Part shown: positions 21,661 through 32,032 of the stretch, in pieces
How positions within the stretch are numbered: position 1 is the first letter of the stretch
Layout of the letters: each line of letters opens with the position of its first letter
Assembly: GCA_963737065.1 (NCBI GenBank)
Contig: CAVTRC010000001.1
Location: forward strand, 2,400,001 to 2,464,000
Source: Candidatus Eremiobacteria bacterium
Lineage (GTDB): Bacteria > Vulcanimicrobiota > Vulcanimicrobiia > Vulcanimicrobiales > Vulcanimicrobiaceae
DNA: 64,000 nt
Direction: 5' to 3'
Program-made: the position numbers and the translations under genes
The notes under the pieces: generated by a model
Told to the model about the DNA's origin: nothing
What the model saw: only the letters and a program-made list of their open reading frames with translations
Database searches by the model: none

Positions 21661-21884
21661 GTGCCCTGGGGGAGTCTGTTACGTGGCGGTAAGGGGTAAT
21701 GCACCCCCTGGCATGGGGGCCCCACGTCGTGGGGGGCGCGGAGCTCCGAGCGGAGCGCAGTCTACCACGATCAATGGGGGTGCCCTAGGGGAGTCTTTGG
21801 CATGGCAGTAAGACCTAATGCACCCCCTAGCATGGGGGCCCCACGAAGTGGGGGGCGCGGAGCTTCGAGCGGAGCGCCTTCAAA
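21661..21884 (+). repeat. Two tandem full copies (C 21661-21758, D 21780-21884) of the palindromic repeat
   Basis: GTGCCCT.GGGGAGTCT...TAATGCACCCCCT.GCATGGGGGCCCCACG..GTGGGGGGCGCGGAGCT.CGAGCGGAGCGC occurs twice. Confidence 0.92.
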
Positions 21885-22796
21885 CTGAAGATCTATCACG
21901 AGCCCTTTCGGGAGAACGAGCGGCCGTTGTCGCTTGCGATCGGGTTCTTCGATGGCATGCACCGGGGGCATCGCGAGATCGCGCGAGCTGCATTTCGCAT
22001 GCGAAAGCCCGGATGGCGCAGCGGCGTATTGACGTTTGCAAATCATCCGGCGGAACATTTGCGTCCGGGAAGCCAGCCGCCGCTATTGACGACGAACGAC
22101 GAGCGAATCGACCTCTTCGCAAAGACCGGCTTCGAAGAGTGTTTTTTCATCCGCTTCGATCAGTCGATTGCAGACCTCACACCGCAAGCGTTTCTCGATC
22201 AACTCGTGGGTGTTCTCGGAGTGCGCGCGGTCGCGGTCGGCGCGACGTTTCGCTTCGGTCATAAGCGTGCCGGCGATACCGGGTTGATGCAGCGCTATTT
22301 TGGCGAGCATGATGTCGCGTTCACGGCAGTCGACAACGTGATGGATGGCGGCGAGCGCATCTCGAGCACGCGCATCCGCAGACTCGTGGAAGACGGCAAT
22401 TTGGAGCTTGCCGATCACCTCCTCGGACACGCCTACGAATTGCGAGGAGAAGTCAGATTGGGATTCGGTCGCGGTCACGACCTCGGATTTCCGACCGCTA
22501 ACCTTGGCGTGCCGGAAAAACTGCTGCCGAGGGACGGGGTTTATTCCGCGGTTGCGCGGTACGACGGGCGCGATTACGCCGCGCTCGTTTCGATCGGAAC
22601 GAATCCCCAGTTCGACGGCGCGTGTCGTACGATAGAGGTCTGGATGCGCGATTTTCACGAGACGATCTACGGACACGAACTCGCGGTGCGCGACCTGCGT
22701 TACGTGCGCGAGCAGCGCGTGTTTGGCTCGGTAGACGAATTGATCGCTCAAATGCGCACCGACCTTGCGGCGGTCGCGTACCCGGTGTATGGATAA
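21885..22796 (+). CDS. ribF: Bifunctional riboflavin kinase/FAD synthetase (probable CTG start; TTG at 21927 is the alternative)
   Basis: IGFFDGMHRGH, FRFGHKRAG, ISSTRIR, LGFPTANL, IGTNPQF. Confidence 0.95.
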   Translation: MKIYHEPFRENERPLSLAIGFFDGMHRGHREIARAAFRMRKPGWRSGVLTFANHPAEHLRPGSQPPLLTTNDERIDLFAKTGFEECFFIRFDQSIADLTPQAFLDQLVGVLGVRAVAVGATFRFGHKRAGDTGLMQRYFGEHDVAFTAVDNVMDGGERISSTRIRRLVEDGNLELADHLLGHAYELRGEVRLGFGRGHDLGFPTANLGVPEKLLPRDGVYSAVARYDGRDYAALVSIGTNPQFDGACRTIEVWMRDFHETIYGHELAVRDLRYVREQRVFGSVDELIAQMRTDLAAVAYPVYG

Positions 22797-22800
22797 GATA

Positions 22801-23316
22801 ATGAAACGTATTGCTGGTATTCTGGCTGTGATCGCGCTCAGCGCGTGCGCGCACGCAACGAGCAGCGACGCGACGGCTGACAATACCGGGCCGGTCTCAC
22901 TAGCAAAGGTCGGTACGAAAGCTCCGGCATTCGACGAACCGACCGTTGCGGGCACGAAGCTGTCGATGGCAGAGCTTCGCGGAAAGCCGGTCTATCTGAA
23001 CTTCTTCGCCAGCTGGTGTCCGCCGTGCAATGAAGAAGCGCCGGACGTGAACGCGGTTCAGCTACAATTCAAGGGCGACGGCTTGCAAGTGGTCGGCGTC
23101 GACATTCTCGAAGATAAGACGAAGGCGAAGCTCTTCGTTGACCAGCATCGTTTGAGCTATCCGGCCGTCGTGGATTCCGGAACGTTGCGCGACGCGTACA
23201 ACATCAACGGCATGCCCGTTCACGTGTTCATCGACCGCAGCGGCGTCGTGAGGAAAATCGCAATCGGGGAGCTCTCAAAAGCCGAGATGATCGCTGACGT
23301 AAAAACAGTTCTCTGA
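22801..23316 (+). CDS. TlpA/ResA-like thiol-disulfide oxidoreductase lipoprotein
   Basis: Lipobox LSAC; NFFASWCPPCNEE. Confidence 0.9.
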   Translation: MKRIAGILAVIALSACAHATSSDATADNTGPVSLAKVGTKAPAFDEPTVAGTKLSMAELRGKPVYLNFFASWCPPCNEEAPDVNAVQLQFKGDGLQVVGVDILEDKTKAKLFVDQHRLSYPAVVDSGTLRDAYNINGMPVHVFIDRSGVVRKIAIGELSKAEMIADVKTVL

Positions 23317-23325
23317 GGGCGTGAC

Positions 23326-23883
23326 CTAGATCTTCTCGTAGAGTTGCGCAACATCGATGCGTAATTGCGGATAGATGTCGCTCTTGGCGATTTCGCCGGC
23401 GTTGAATTCGTGAACCGCGTCTGCGTCGTAGAGGACGATGTTCCGCTCGATAGGATTCGCGACGACGATCAATCGGGTTCCACTCGCACGATAAATCCGG
23501 ATCTTTTGCTCGAGCACCGTGCGCCGGTCGTCGGGTGAAACGACTTCGACCGCGATATCCGGGGCGATCGTCGGCTTTTCACGCAATTCACCCAGTTCCG
23601 GCGGCATGCGTGCGAATGAAACGTATGCGACGTCGGGCACGAGCGAGCTCGGTCTCGTTCCGGGCGCGAGGATATAGAAACGCCATTCCGTTCCCGTTTC
23701 GCCGCTTTCACCGAACGCAGTAGTAAGAATTTGCCAAAGCCGCCCTTGCACCAACGCATGCCGGCGGCGCGGGCTCACTTTTTGCTGCCACGAGCCGCAG
23801 ATAGATTCGATGGCCGGTTTAACCTCCGGGATACCGAGATCAGGCGCTTCTTGCATCGTGGCCATGACACATAAGGCGATCAC
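23326..23883 (-). CDS. Uma2-family (DUF820) endonuclease
   Basis: SP...H, LVPDVAYV, APDIAVEVVSP, K..IY...G. Confidence 0.85.
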   Translation of the reverse strand: MIALCVMATMQEAPDLGIPEVKPAIESICGSWQQKVSPRRRHALVQGRLWQILTTAFGESGETGTEWRFYILAPGTRPSSLVPDVAYVSFARMPPELGELREKPTIAPDIAVEVVSPDDRRTVLEQKIRIYRASGTRLIVVANPIERNIVLYDADAVHEFNAGEIAKSDIYPQLRIDVAQLYEKI

Positions 23884-24332
23884 TCCTTCGTGCAGATGTC
23901 GCTACCCCGATCGATCACTTTCCCATTGATGCGCTGCGCGAATTTACGTTGGATCGTGCCGTTCGGCATCAACGTCCACGTGATGTCGGGCGTTGTGTCT
24001 TTCGCACCACCGACCGGGTAGTACACGCCGGTCCAATGCCACGTACGCCCATCGGAAGGCAGCGGCGAGGAGAGCCGCGCCAGCGCGCCATCGGTGTGAA
24101 AATCGCTGTAGAGGTAGGCGTTTTCTTGCGGCAGCCAGCCGACGTATGCGGTGCCGCCGAGGTGGTCTTTGTCGGTCCCGTACGTCACAAGGGTCCACGC
24201 CGTGCCGGCGGGACTCGTGATGGACCATTGCGTGTGATAGTTCTCGTTGCCGCACGTCCACGATCCGCCGAAGTCGTGGAAGAACTGCGTCGCCGCGGAC
24301 GTGACCGCAGCGAGAACGAGCGCTGAGAGCAT
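23880..24332 (-). CDS. Hypothetical secreted protein
   Basis: Signal-like N-terminus, G.WTC motif, GGAG SD, coupled to the downstream gene. Confidence 0.65.
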   Translation of the reverse strand: MLSALVLAAVTSAATQFFHDFGGSWTCGNENYHTQWSITSPAGTAWTLVTYGTDKDHLGGTAYVGWLPQENAYLYSDFHTDGALARLSSPLPSDGRTWHWTGVYYPVGGAKDTTPDITWTLMPNGTIQRKFAQRINGKVIDRGSDICTKE

Positions 24333-24365
24333 GCGGACTCCTTCATCGGGTCAGGATGACACGGG

Positions 24366-26273
24366 TTAGGCGGCTCTTACAACGAGTGAATCTCCTTGCA
24401 GTGTGACGTCGGCGGTTCCACCTTCGCCCAGTTCCCCGCGCAGAATGGCGCTCGATAGCGGCGTGGAGACGTAATGGGAGACGGTCCGTTGCACGTACCG
24501 TGCACCGCTCCCCGCGCCCATCGACACTTTTGCGAGGTACCGTTTCGCTTCGTCCGAGAGACGAAGTGTAACGTTACGCGTGCCGAGTCGTTGCGCCAGC
24601 GCATCGACGTGAATTTCAACGATTGTTTCGATTTGCGGCAGCTGCAATTCGTTAAAGCGGACGACGTCATCGATCCGGTTGAGCAACTCCGGCCGGAACG
24701 AGAGATCCATCTCGTCTTCGGGAAGGTTCGTCGTGAGCACGATCAGCGTGTGGCGGAAATCGATCGTGCGGCCCTTCGCATCGGTAACGCGCCCGTCGTC
24801 GAGAATCTGTAGCAGAATCGCAGCAACGTCGGGGTGCGCTTTTTCGAGTTCGTCGAAGAGCACGACGCAGTACGGGCGGCGGCGAACCGGTTCCGTCAGC
24901 TGTCCCGGCTCATCGTGACCTTGGTATCCCGGCGGCGCGCCGAGCAGCCGCGAAACGGTGTGCGCTTCCGTGAATTCCGAAAGATCGATCCGCACCAGTG
25001 CATTCTCCGTGCCGAACAATGCTTCGGCCAGAGCTTTCGCAAGCTCCGTTTTGCCGACGCCGCTCGGTCCCGCGAAAAGAAAACTGCCGAGCGGCTTGCG
25101 GGGATCGTGCAGGCCGGCGCGCGCGCGGCGAATCGCTTCCGACACCGCTCCAATCGCGCGTTTCTGTCCGATCACGCGGCGTGATAGCACGGATTCGAGT
25201 TCCAGCAACGCATTCGCTTGCGACTCCGAAAGCGTCGCTTGCGGAATTCCCGTCCATTTCGTGACGACTGCCGCAACCGTTTGCGCGGTCACCGGCGGCC
25301 GCACGACAGCGCCTTTGTTCATCAGAGCGACGTTCGCTGCCGCTTCGTCCATGAGATCGATCGCCTTATCCGGCAAGAATCGGTCGGCAATGTAACGCGC
25401 CGATAGCTGGGCTGCGGCGTCGATCGCATCATCGGCAATCGTGACATTGTGATGCTCGGCGTATTTGCTGCGCAATCCGCGCAGGATGGCGATCGTCGCT
25501 TCGATGCTCGGCTCTTCGACCATTACCGGTTGGAAGCGCCGTTCCAGTGCAGCATCCGACTCGATGTATTTCCGGTACTCATCGAACGTCGTTGCGCCGA
25601 TGCATTGGAGATCGCCGCGAGCGAGTTCCGGTTTGATCATCGAACCCAGATCGAGCGAACCCTCCGCGGCACCCGCGCCGACGAGCGTATGCAGTTCGTC
25701 GATGAACAGAATCACGTCGCGAGCGCTGCGTTTGACCTCATCGAGGATCCGTTTCACGCGGCTCTCGAATTCGCCGCGGTATTTCGTGCCGGCAACGAGC
25801 GGTCCGAGTGAGAGCGAAAGCACGCGCTTGTTCCGAAGCGCGGACGGAACGTTTCCCGCGACGATGCGCTGCGCCAGACCCTCGACGATCGCGGTCTTGC
25901 CGACGCCCGGTTCGCCGACGAGTACGGGATTGTTTTTGCTGCGGCGCGCGAGGATCGATACGACCCGTTCGATTTCATCGTCGCGTCCGACCACGGGATC
26001 GAGTTTTCCGTTTCGCGCGAGATCGGTGAGGTCGCGCGAAAAATTCTGCAGGGTCGGCGTTCCGGCGAGCGGGCTAAGGCGCTTGCTCAGTTCTTCGCGA
26101 TTCTCGAGCAGCAACGCGCCGCCGGCGACGAGACCCGCCGCAGCAAGTGCCGCGCCGAGAAACGGAAGCGCCCGCGTTGCGGCTTGCCGTTGCAAGCAGA
26201 TGTTGCAGAGCGACCCACGGCCGCTGAAGGTCGTCGCCGGACGCTGTCCGCAGGATTCGCACGTGTTCGTCAT
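24366..26273 (-). CDS. Atypical two-NBD Clp/Hsp100 ATPase with N-terminal CxxC..CxxC
   Basis: [14 protein letters not shown] in NBD1, [17 protein letters not shown] in NBD2, [20 protein letters not shown]. Confidence 0.92.
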   Translation of the reverse strand: MTNTCESCGQRPATTFSGRGSLCNICLQRQAATRALPFLGAALAAAGLVAGGALLLENREELSKRLSPLAGTPTLQNFSRDLTDLARNGKLDPVVGRDDEIERVVSILARRSKNNPVLVGEPGVGKTAIVEGLAQRIVAGNVPSALRNKRVLSLSLGPLVAGTKYRGEFESRVKRILDEVKRSARDVILFIDELHTLVGAGAAEGSLDLGSMIKPELARGDLQCIGATTFDEYRKYIESDAALERRFQPVMVEEPSIEATIAILRGLRSKYAEHHNVTIADDAIDAAAQLSARYIADRFLPDKAIDLMDEAAANVALMNKGAVVRPPVTAQTVAAVVTKWTGIPQATLSESQANALLELESVLSRRVIGQKRAIGAVSEAIRRARAGLHDPRKPLGSFLFAGPSGVGKTELAKALAEALFGTENALVRIDLSEFTEAHTVSRLLGAPPGYQGHDEPGQLTEPVRRRPYCVVLFDELEKAHPDVAAILLQILDDGRVTDAKGRTIDFRHTLIVLTTNLPEDEMDLSFRPELLNRIDDVVRFNELQLPQIETIVEIHVDALAQRLGTRNVTLRLSDEAKRYLAKVSMGAGSGARYVQRTVSHYVSTPLSSAILRGELGEGGTADVTLQGDSLVVRAA

Positions 26274-26308
26274 GCCTAGCAGTACCCGCGGGCGCGCCGT
26301 TCGTTTCG

Positions 26309-27013
26309 TTATGGGCCGGCCGAAAAGGTCACCGTGACGTTGGCCGTGACGTTCACGCTGCCGGCGTCGAAAACCGTCGGCGCTTGCGAGGTCGCGGCCT
26401 CCTTCGCCATAACCATCGGGCGAATGATTCCGGGCGCTCCCTCGAGCTGAATGCTGCGGATCCCGGTAATCCGCAGGCCTGCCGCTCGCGCGAGATCGTC
26501 TGCCTTTGCGCGCGCGTCGTTGACCGCGTTGCGCGCGGCTTGCGCGCGAGCGCGCTCGGGATCGGCGAGTCCGAACGCGACGTTCTCGATATTCGTCGCG
26601 CCGGCTGCAGTCGCGGCATCGACGACCGCGCCGGCACGATCGATCGAACGCACTTTGATCGCGAACGAACGCGACACGGTATAGCCGTATTGGTCGAACG
26701 GCGTCGGGTTCGCCGGCATCGGATTGGGCCGAGGCACGTAATTGACGTTGTAATACGTGAGCGCGATGTCATCGCGTCTGATGCCGCTGCGAACGAGAGC
26801 CGCGGTGACCGCATTGTAGCGATTGTTGTTCTCGGAGACCGCCCCTGATGCCGACGATGCCGTCGTCACCACGGAAGCATTGACCGTCGCCTGATCGGGC
26901 ATCATCGAAACACTCGCGGTTCCGATGACCGAAATAGCCGTGGATTGCGCCGCGCCTGCAACGCCGGTGAGGGCGGCAACGCACAAAGCGAAGGGAACGA
27001 GCAGTCGATTCAT
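26309..27013 (-). CDS. SIMPL (DUF541) domain protein
   Basis: Signal peptide, ISVIGTA....PD.A, A..DARAKA..LA. Confidence 0.9.
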   Translation of the reverse strand: MNRLLVPFALCVAALTGVAGAAQSTAISVIGTASVSMMPDQATVNASVVTTASSASGAVSENNNRYNAVTAALVRSGIRRDDIALTYYNVNYVPRPNPMPANPTPFDQYGYTVSRSFAIKVRSIDRAGAVVDAATAAGATNIENVAFGLADPERARAQAARNAVNDARAKADDLARAAGLRITGIRSIQLEGAPGIIRPMVMAKEAATSQAPTVFDAGSVNVTANVTVTFSAGP

Positions 27014-27087
27014 ACCACTAGTAACGACCCGTCGTCCGGTTTAATTTCCGGCGCGAGGGGAGAAGATAGCGACCAGAGGAGGTAGCG

Positions 27088-27351
27088 ATGGGCATTATTC
27101 TTTGGATCATCTTCGGGATCATCGTTGGCGCAATAGCACGGTGGATCGTTCCGGGCGAGGGCCCGGGCGGAATTATCGGTGACTTGATCGTCGGTATCAT
27201 CGGCGCCGTTATCGGCGGATGGGTCTACGGATTATTCGGCCATACCGGTGTCAGCGGCTTCAATATAGGAAGCTTCATTTGCGCGATCATCGGCGCGGTC
27301 ATACTGCTGTGGATCGTTCGTGCGGTTTCGGGACGCCGTACAGTAGCGTAG
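27088..27351 (+). CDS. GlsB/YeaQ/YmgE family membrane protein
   Basis: WIIFG.IVGAIAR.IVPG...G.IGA.IGG; GAGGAGG SD. Confidence 0.9.
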   Translation: MGIILWIIFGIIVGAIARWIVPGEGPGGIIGDLIVGIIGAVIGGWVYGLFGHTGVSGFNIGSFICAIIGAVILLWIVRAVSGRRTVA

Positions 27352-27455
27352 GACAGAAGTCTTAGACCCCCTCGGCGCGAAGGCGTAGGCTCGGAGCAGT
27401 GCTAATACGGCTCGAAGTTTATCACCGCGTTCTCGTCTGAGGGGTCTTTTTTTCC

Positions 27456-27707
27456 ATGGCGTACATCATCACCGAACCGTGTATCGGCACAAAAGACAAG
27501 TCTTGCGTCGACGTGTGCCCGGTCGATTGTATCCACGGTAAAGACGAGGAAGAGCAGCTCTTTATCGACCCCGAAGTCTGCATTGACTGCGGCGCGTGCG
27601 TTTCCGCATGCCCCGTGGAAGCGATTTTCGCAGACTCCGACGTGCCTGAGAAATGGCAAAACTTCATTGAGATCAACGCGGAGTACTTCAAGAAGGCGAA
27701 CGCGTAG
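27456..27707 (+). CDS. Ferredoxin (FdxA-like dicluster)
   Basis: YIITEPC...KD.SCVDVCPVDCI, CIDCGACVSACPV. Confidence 0.93.
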   Translation: MAYIITEPCIGTKDKSCVDVCPVDCIHGKDEEEQLFIDPEVCIDCGACVSACPVEAIFADSDVPEKWQNFIEINAEYFKKANA

Positions 27708-27758
27708 CTCCAACCGCTGCCGCAACTTCTGCAGTCTCGAAACGGGTTGGCGCCCTTG

Positions 27759-30700
27759 ATGCGCCGGCCCGTTTGCGTTTCTCACGTCAACAAAATTTAC
27801 GACCGCGGCACGGTCGCGCTCGACGATGTTAGCGTCGCTGTCGATGCCGGCGAACTGGTCGCTTTGCTCGGTCCGAGCGGGTGTGGGAAGAGTACATTGC
27901 TCAATCTCGTCGGTTGCATCGACCTTCCGGATAGCGGTGAAGTGCGCATCGACGACGTGGCGACATCGACGCTCTCCGACGACGCGCTGACGACGCTTCG
28001 CAGGGATCGGATCGGCACCGTGTTTCAATTCTTCAATTTGCTGCCGACGTTGTCGCTGCGCGAAAACGTCGCATTGCCGCTCGTACTGCAGCACCGTAAC
28101 GGCGCTGAAGTCGACCGGCGCGTACGCGGCGCGCTCGAAGCAGTTGGTATTCTCGAACGTGCCGACGCGCTGCCAGCGCACGTCTCCGGCGGTCAGCTGC
28201 AACGCGCCGCAATCGCGCGCGCAATCGTTCACGAACCGTCGATCGTACTTGCGGACGAGCCGACCGGAAATCTCGACTCGCAGAACGGCGATCTCGTGCT
28301 GTCGATTCTCGTCGACCTCGCGCGTCGCGGGCAAGCGATTCTGATGGCGACGCATAGCCCTGACGCGGCAGCACGCGCGACGCGCCGAATTCAGATGCGG
28401 GACGGACATATCGATCGTACCATGAGCTCCGCCTCGCTGTTGTTTCGTGCGCTGGTTTCCGGATACGCGCGCTCGCATGCGATGCGTTCCATCGTCACGC
28501 TCGTTGCGGTGGCGCTCGGCGTGGCAAGCGCGTATGCAATCGAGCTGGCAAATTCGACCGCGATCGCGTCCTTTTCAACGAGCGTCAACGTCATTGCCAA
28601 CCGGGTCAACGTGCAAGTCGTCGGCACCGGAGAGGGATTCGACGAGCGCGCGTTGCTACGCGTGCAGCGCGTGCCCGGGGTGATCGCAGCAAGCCCCGTC
28701 GTGAGCGGCGATTTCGTCGTCGGCGTCCGTTCGAATCCGCTCGGCGCAGAGATCGTCCGTATCCTCGGAATCGACAGTACGCGCGGAACGACGCCACCGG
28801 GCGTTCGTGACGCGCAGTCGTCCGCGGCGGCGTTCGATTTGCATCGCTTCATCGATGAGAACGGCATCTTTGTCAGCGAACGGATCGCGCGAACGTATCA
28901 TGCGCGAACCGGAGGGTCGCTGCGCGGGTACGCCGGCGCAACGCCGGTGTCGCTCAACGTTATGGCGGTTATTCCGCCGCATACCGCAGGCGTCGACTCC
29001 AGCGTCGCGTTCGTCGATATCGCGACCGCGCAACGCGTCTTTTCCTCGATCGGCCGACTCGATCGGATCGATATCGAGGCGGATCCTGCGCGCGTGAAGG
29101 CGGTCGTCGCCGCGCTCGAGCGCATCGTTCCACCCGGAGCGCGCGTGCTCACGCCGCGGACGCGGACCGGCGAAATTCAGCGGATGCTTGCGAGCTTCAC
29201 GATGAATCTCTCCGCGCTTGCCGACGTCGCGCTACTCGTCGGTATGTACTTAATCTACAACGCCGTCGCGATATCGGTCGTACAGCGTGCATCTGAAATC
29301 GGTACGCTCCGCGCGCTCGGCGCCCGGCGGCGTCAGATTTTCTGGTCGTTCGTGAGCGAGGGTGCGCTCTACGGAGTCGTCGGATCGCTGCTCGGATTGT
29401 TGTTCGGATGGTACCTCGCGCGTTTTTCGCTCGCGGCGGTCGAAACGACCGTTTCCGCCCTCTATGTCGGAGCGCATGCCGACGCCGTTGTTTGGAGTTG
29501 GCGTGCGACGCTCGAGTCATTTGCGCTCGGTACGGTGCTCTCCATGGCTGCAGCGGCGATTCCGGCAGTCGGCGCGGCCGCGACCGCACCCGCGCGCATC
29601 ATGCGCAATACCGGCGCGCGCCGAAGCAAAGGTTCGCGGATTCACGCGCATGACGGCGCTGCTCGGTGCGGCACTCCTCTTGGCCGCTGCAGGGTTCGCG
29701 CGATTACCCGCGATCGGCGACAGCGTTCCGTTCTTCGGATACGTCGCCGGAATCTGCGCAATGGCGGGCATTTCGTTGGAAGCACCGCTCGTGCTCGCAC
29801 TGCTGACGCGGCCGCTTGCGCGGCTCGCACGTGCCGCACCCGTCACGCTTGCTGCCGCGTTCCTTCACGCATCGCCACGACGGATCGCGGTTGCCGTGGC
29901 GTCGCTCACGGTTGCCGTTGCGATGATGATCGCGATTGCCGTACTCGTGGGATCGTTTCGCAGCACGGTCGTCGCGTGGACGAACGACACGCTCGCAGCC
30001 GACCTCTACATTAGCGCGCCGGGCGCGGCGGATGCAACGCTGCGCGGCGCGTTCTCGCCGCGCGCCGTTGCGGTTGTCACAAAGCAACGCGGGGTTGCCG
30101 AAGTCGATACCTTCCGCGGACTCGACGTTCCGCTCGATGGACGTTTCGCCCAACTCGGCGCGACGAATTTCCGCGCGGTGATCCGTCGGCATAAGCTGCG
30201 ATTTCTCGGACACCCCGACCGCGCGTCGCTGGTGCACCGTATGCAAACCGAGAACGCTACCGTCATCAGCGTGCCGTTTGCGACGCATTTCGGCCTCGCA
30301 CCCGGAGACTCGTTTTCGATTCCGACGCCTTCGGGAATCACGACGCTGCACATCATTGGCCAATACAACGACTACTCTACGGGCGGCGGTACGTTTTTCA
30401 TCGACGCGTCTGCGTTTCGCCGCCTCTTCCACGATGCCAACGTCGATTCGATGGCGGTGTACCTTCGGGAGGGCGCGAGCGTGCCGCGCGTGCGAACCGC
30501 GATCGAACGCGCCCTCCTGCCGATGCACGTAAGCATTAATTCGAACGCCGAACTCCGAGCGTACGCGCTCTCCGTGTTCGATCGCACCTTCGCGATCACC
30601 AACGCGCTCTACGCGGTCAGCATCATTATCGCGGTGCTCGGTGTCGTCAGTACGCTCTTTGCACTGGTGCTCGAGCGGCGCATCGACATCGCGCTGCTGC

Positions 30701-30990
30701 GCTACGTCGGCCTTACCGCCCGCGGCGTGCAGCGCGTCGTTTTTTTACAGGCGCTCGTCGTCGGCATCGTCTCCGGGTTTCTCGGCATTCTGCTCGGTAT
30801 CGCGCTTGCCGCCGACCTGATCTACGTTATCAACCGGCAAAGCTTTGGCTGGTTGATCGAGTGGCAGACGCCGGGCGCGTTCTACGCGCAGGCGTTCGTA
30901 ATGGTCGTGATTGCCGCAATTATCGCGGCGATCTACCCCGCGCGCGTTGCGTCGACGATCAAAACATCGGAGGTCTTGCGTGTGGAGTAA
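27759..30990 (+). CDS. ABC transporter ATPase (LolD/MacB type) read in frame into an FtsX-like permease starting at ATG 28422; permease frameshifted at ~29612-29622
   Basis: [26 protein letters not shown]. The permease has QR.SEIGTLRALG and ERR.DIALLR repeats across two ORFs. Confidence 0.82.
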
Positions 30991-30991
30991 A

Positions 30992-32032
30992 ATGCTCGCC
31001 GCGTTTCTCATTGCGCTTGCCCCATACACGTATCATTTTCCGCGCGACCACTTCGCGCACGATGCATATCGCACGGAGTGGTGGTACTTCACCGGACACG
31101 TGCGCGCGCCCGACGGGCATCGGTTCGGATATGAGTTGACCTTTTTCCGTATCGGCCTCGAACCGCGCGCGCCGCAATGGCGCGCGAATGAGACAAAGTG
31201 GTATGCCTATCAACTGTATCCGGCCCACTTCGCCATTACCGACGAAACGGATCGCGCGTTTGTCTATTCGGAAACATTCGCCCGTGACGCATTGCGCCAA
31301 GGGTTCGCATCCGACCAGCGTCTCTACATTGACGCGAACGGCTGGACGTTGACCGGAACGGGCGCCGAGCGTCCGGTGATGCACCTTCATGCGGTGCACG
31401 GCGGCGACGCACTCGATTTAGACGTTTCGTCGGTAAAGCCGCCGGCGATTCACGGCATCGGCGGTGTTTCGCGCAAAGGCGCGTGCGCGTCATGTGCGTC
31501 ACATTACTATTCGTTCACGCGGCTCGCTACGAACGGAACGCTGGAACGCGGCGGCGTTCGCTACACCGTGACCGGCATTTCGTGGATGGACCACGAGTTC
31601 GGTTCCGACGAGTTAGCGCGCGATCAGTCGGGGTGGGATTGGTACTCGATCCAGCTCAACGACGGCCGCGAAGTTATGCTCTATCGGTTGCGGCAAACCG
31701 ATGGGCGGACGACCCCGCAATCCTCCGGCACGCTCATCGCGCGTAACGGCGCAACCTCGCACTTGCCCCTGTCATCGTTTTCCATTGCGTCGACCGCAAC
31801 GTGGACGAGTCCGCACACGGGCGCACGCTATCCGAGCGCATGGCGCATTCATGTAAACGGTGTTGAGCGGCAGCTCGAGCTCATCCCTACGATCGCCGAT
31901 CAAGAGCTCGTCGATGCCACGGGCACGACGTATTGGGAAGGCGCAGTGGACGTGCGTGACGCGCGCACGCACGCAGCGCTCGGCGTCGGATACGTCGAAC
32001 TGACCGGCTACGCATCACCGCTTCGTTTATGA
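30992..32032 (+). CDS. Lipocalin-like (AttH / carotenoid 1,2-hydratase-like) protein
   Basis: FPRDH..H....EWWYFTG, WMDHEF, GWDW.SIQL, YWEGAV, GYVELTGY. Confidence 0.88.
   Translation: MLAAFLIALAPYTYHFPRDHFAHDAYRTEWWYFTGHVRAPDGHRFGYELTFFRIGLEPRAPQWRANETKWYAYQLYPAHFAITDETDRAFVYSETFARDALRQGFASDQRLYIDANGWTLTGTGAERPVMHLHAVHGGDALDLDVSSVKPPAIHGIGGVSRKGACASCASHYYSFTRLATNGTLERGGVRYTVTGISWMDHEFGSDELARDQSGWDWYSIQLNDGREVMLYRLRQTDGRTTPQSSGTLIARNGATSHLPLSSFSIASTATWTSPHTGARYPSAWRIHVNGVERQLELIPTIADQELVDATGTTYWEGAVDVRDARTHAALGVGYVELTGYASPLRL

Noticed and set aside
21661..21884. Possible CRISPR array
   Set aside because: The units are ~100 bp, only two are in tandem, there are no unique equal-length spacers, and no cas genes are in the window.
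27399..27405. GTGCTAA as a CIRCE before the ferredoxin
   Set aside because: It is a half-site only, with no matching left arm at 9-bp spacing.
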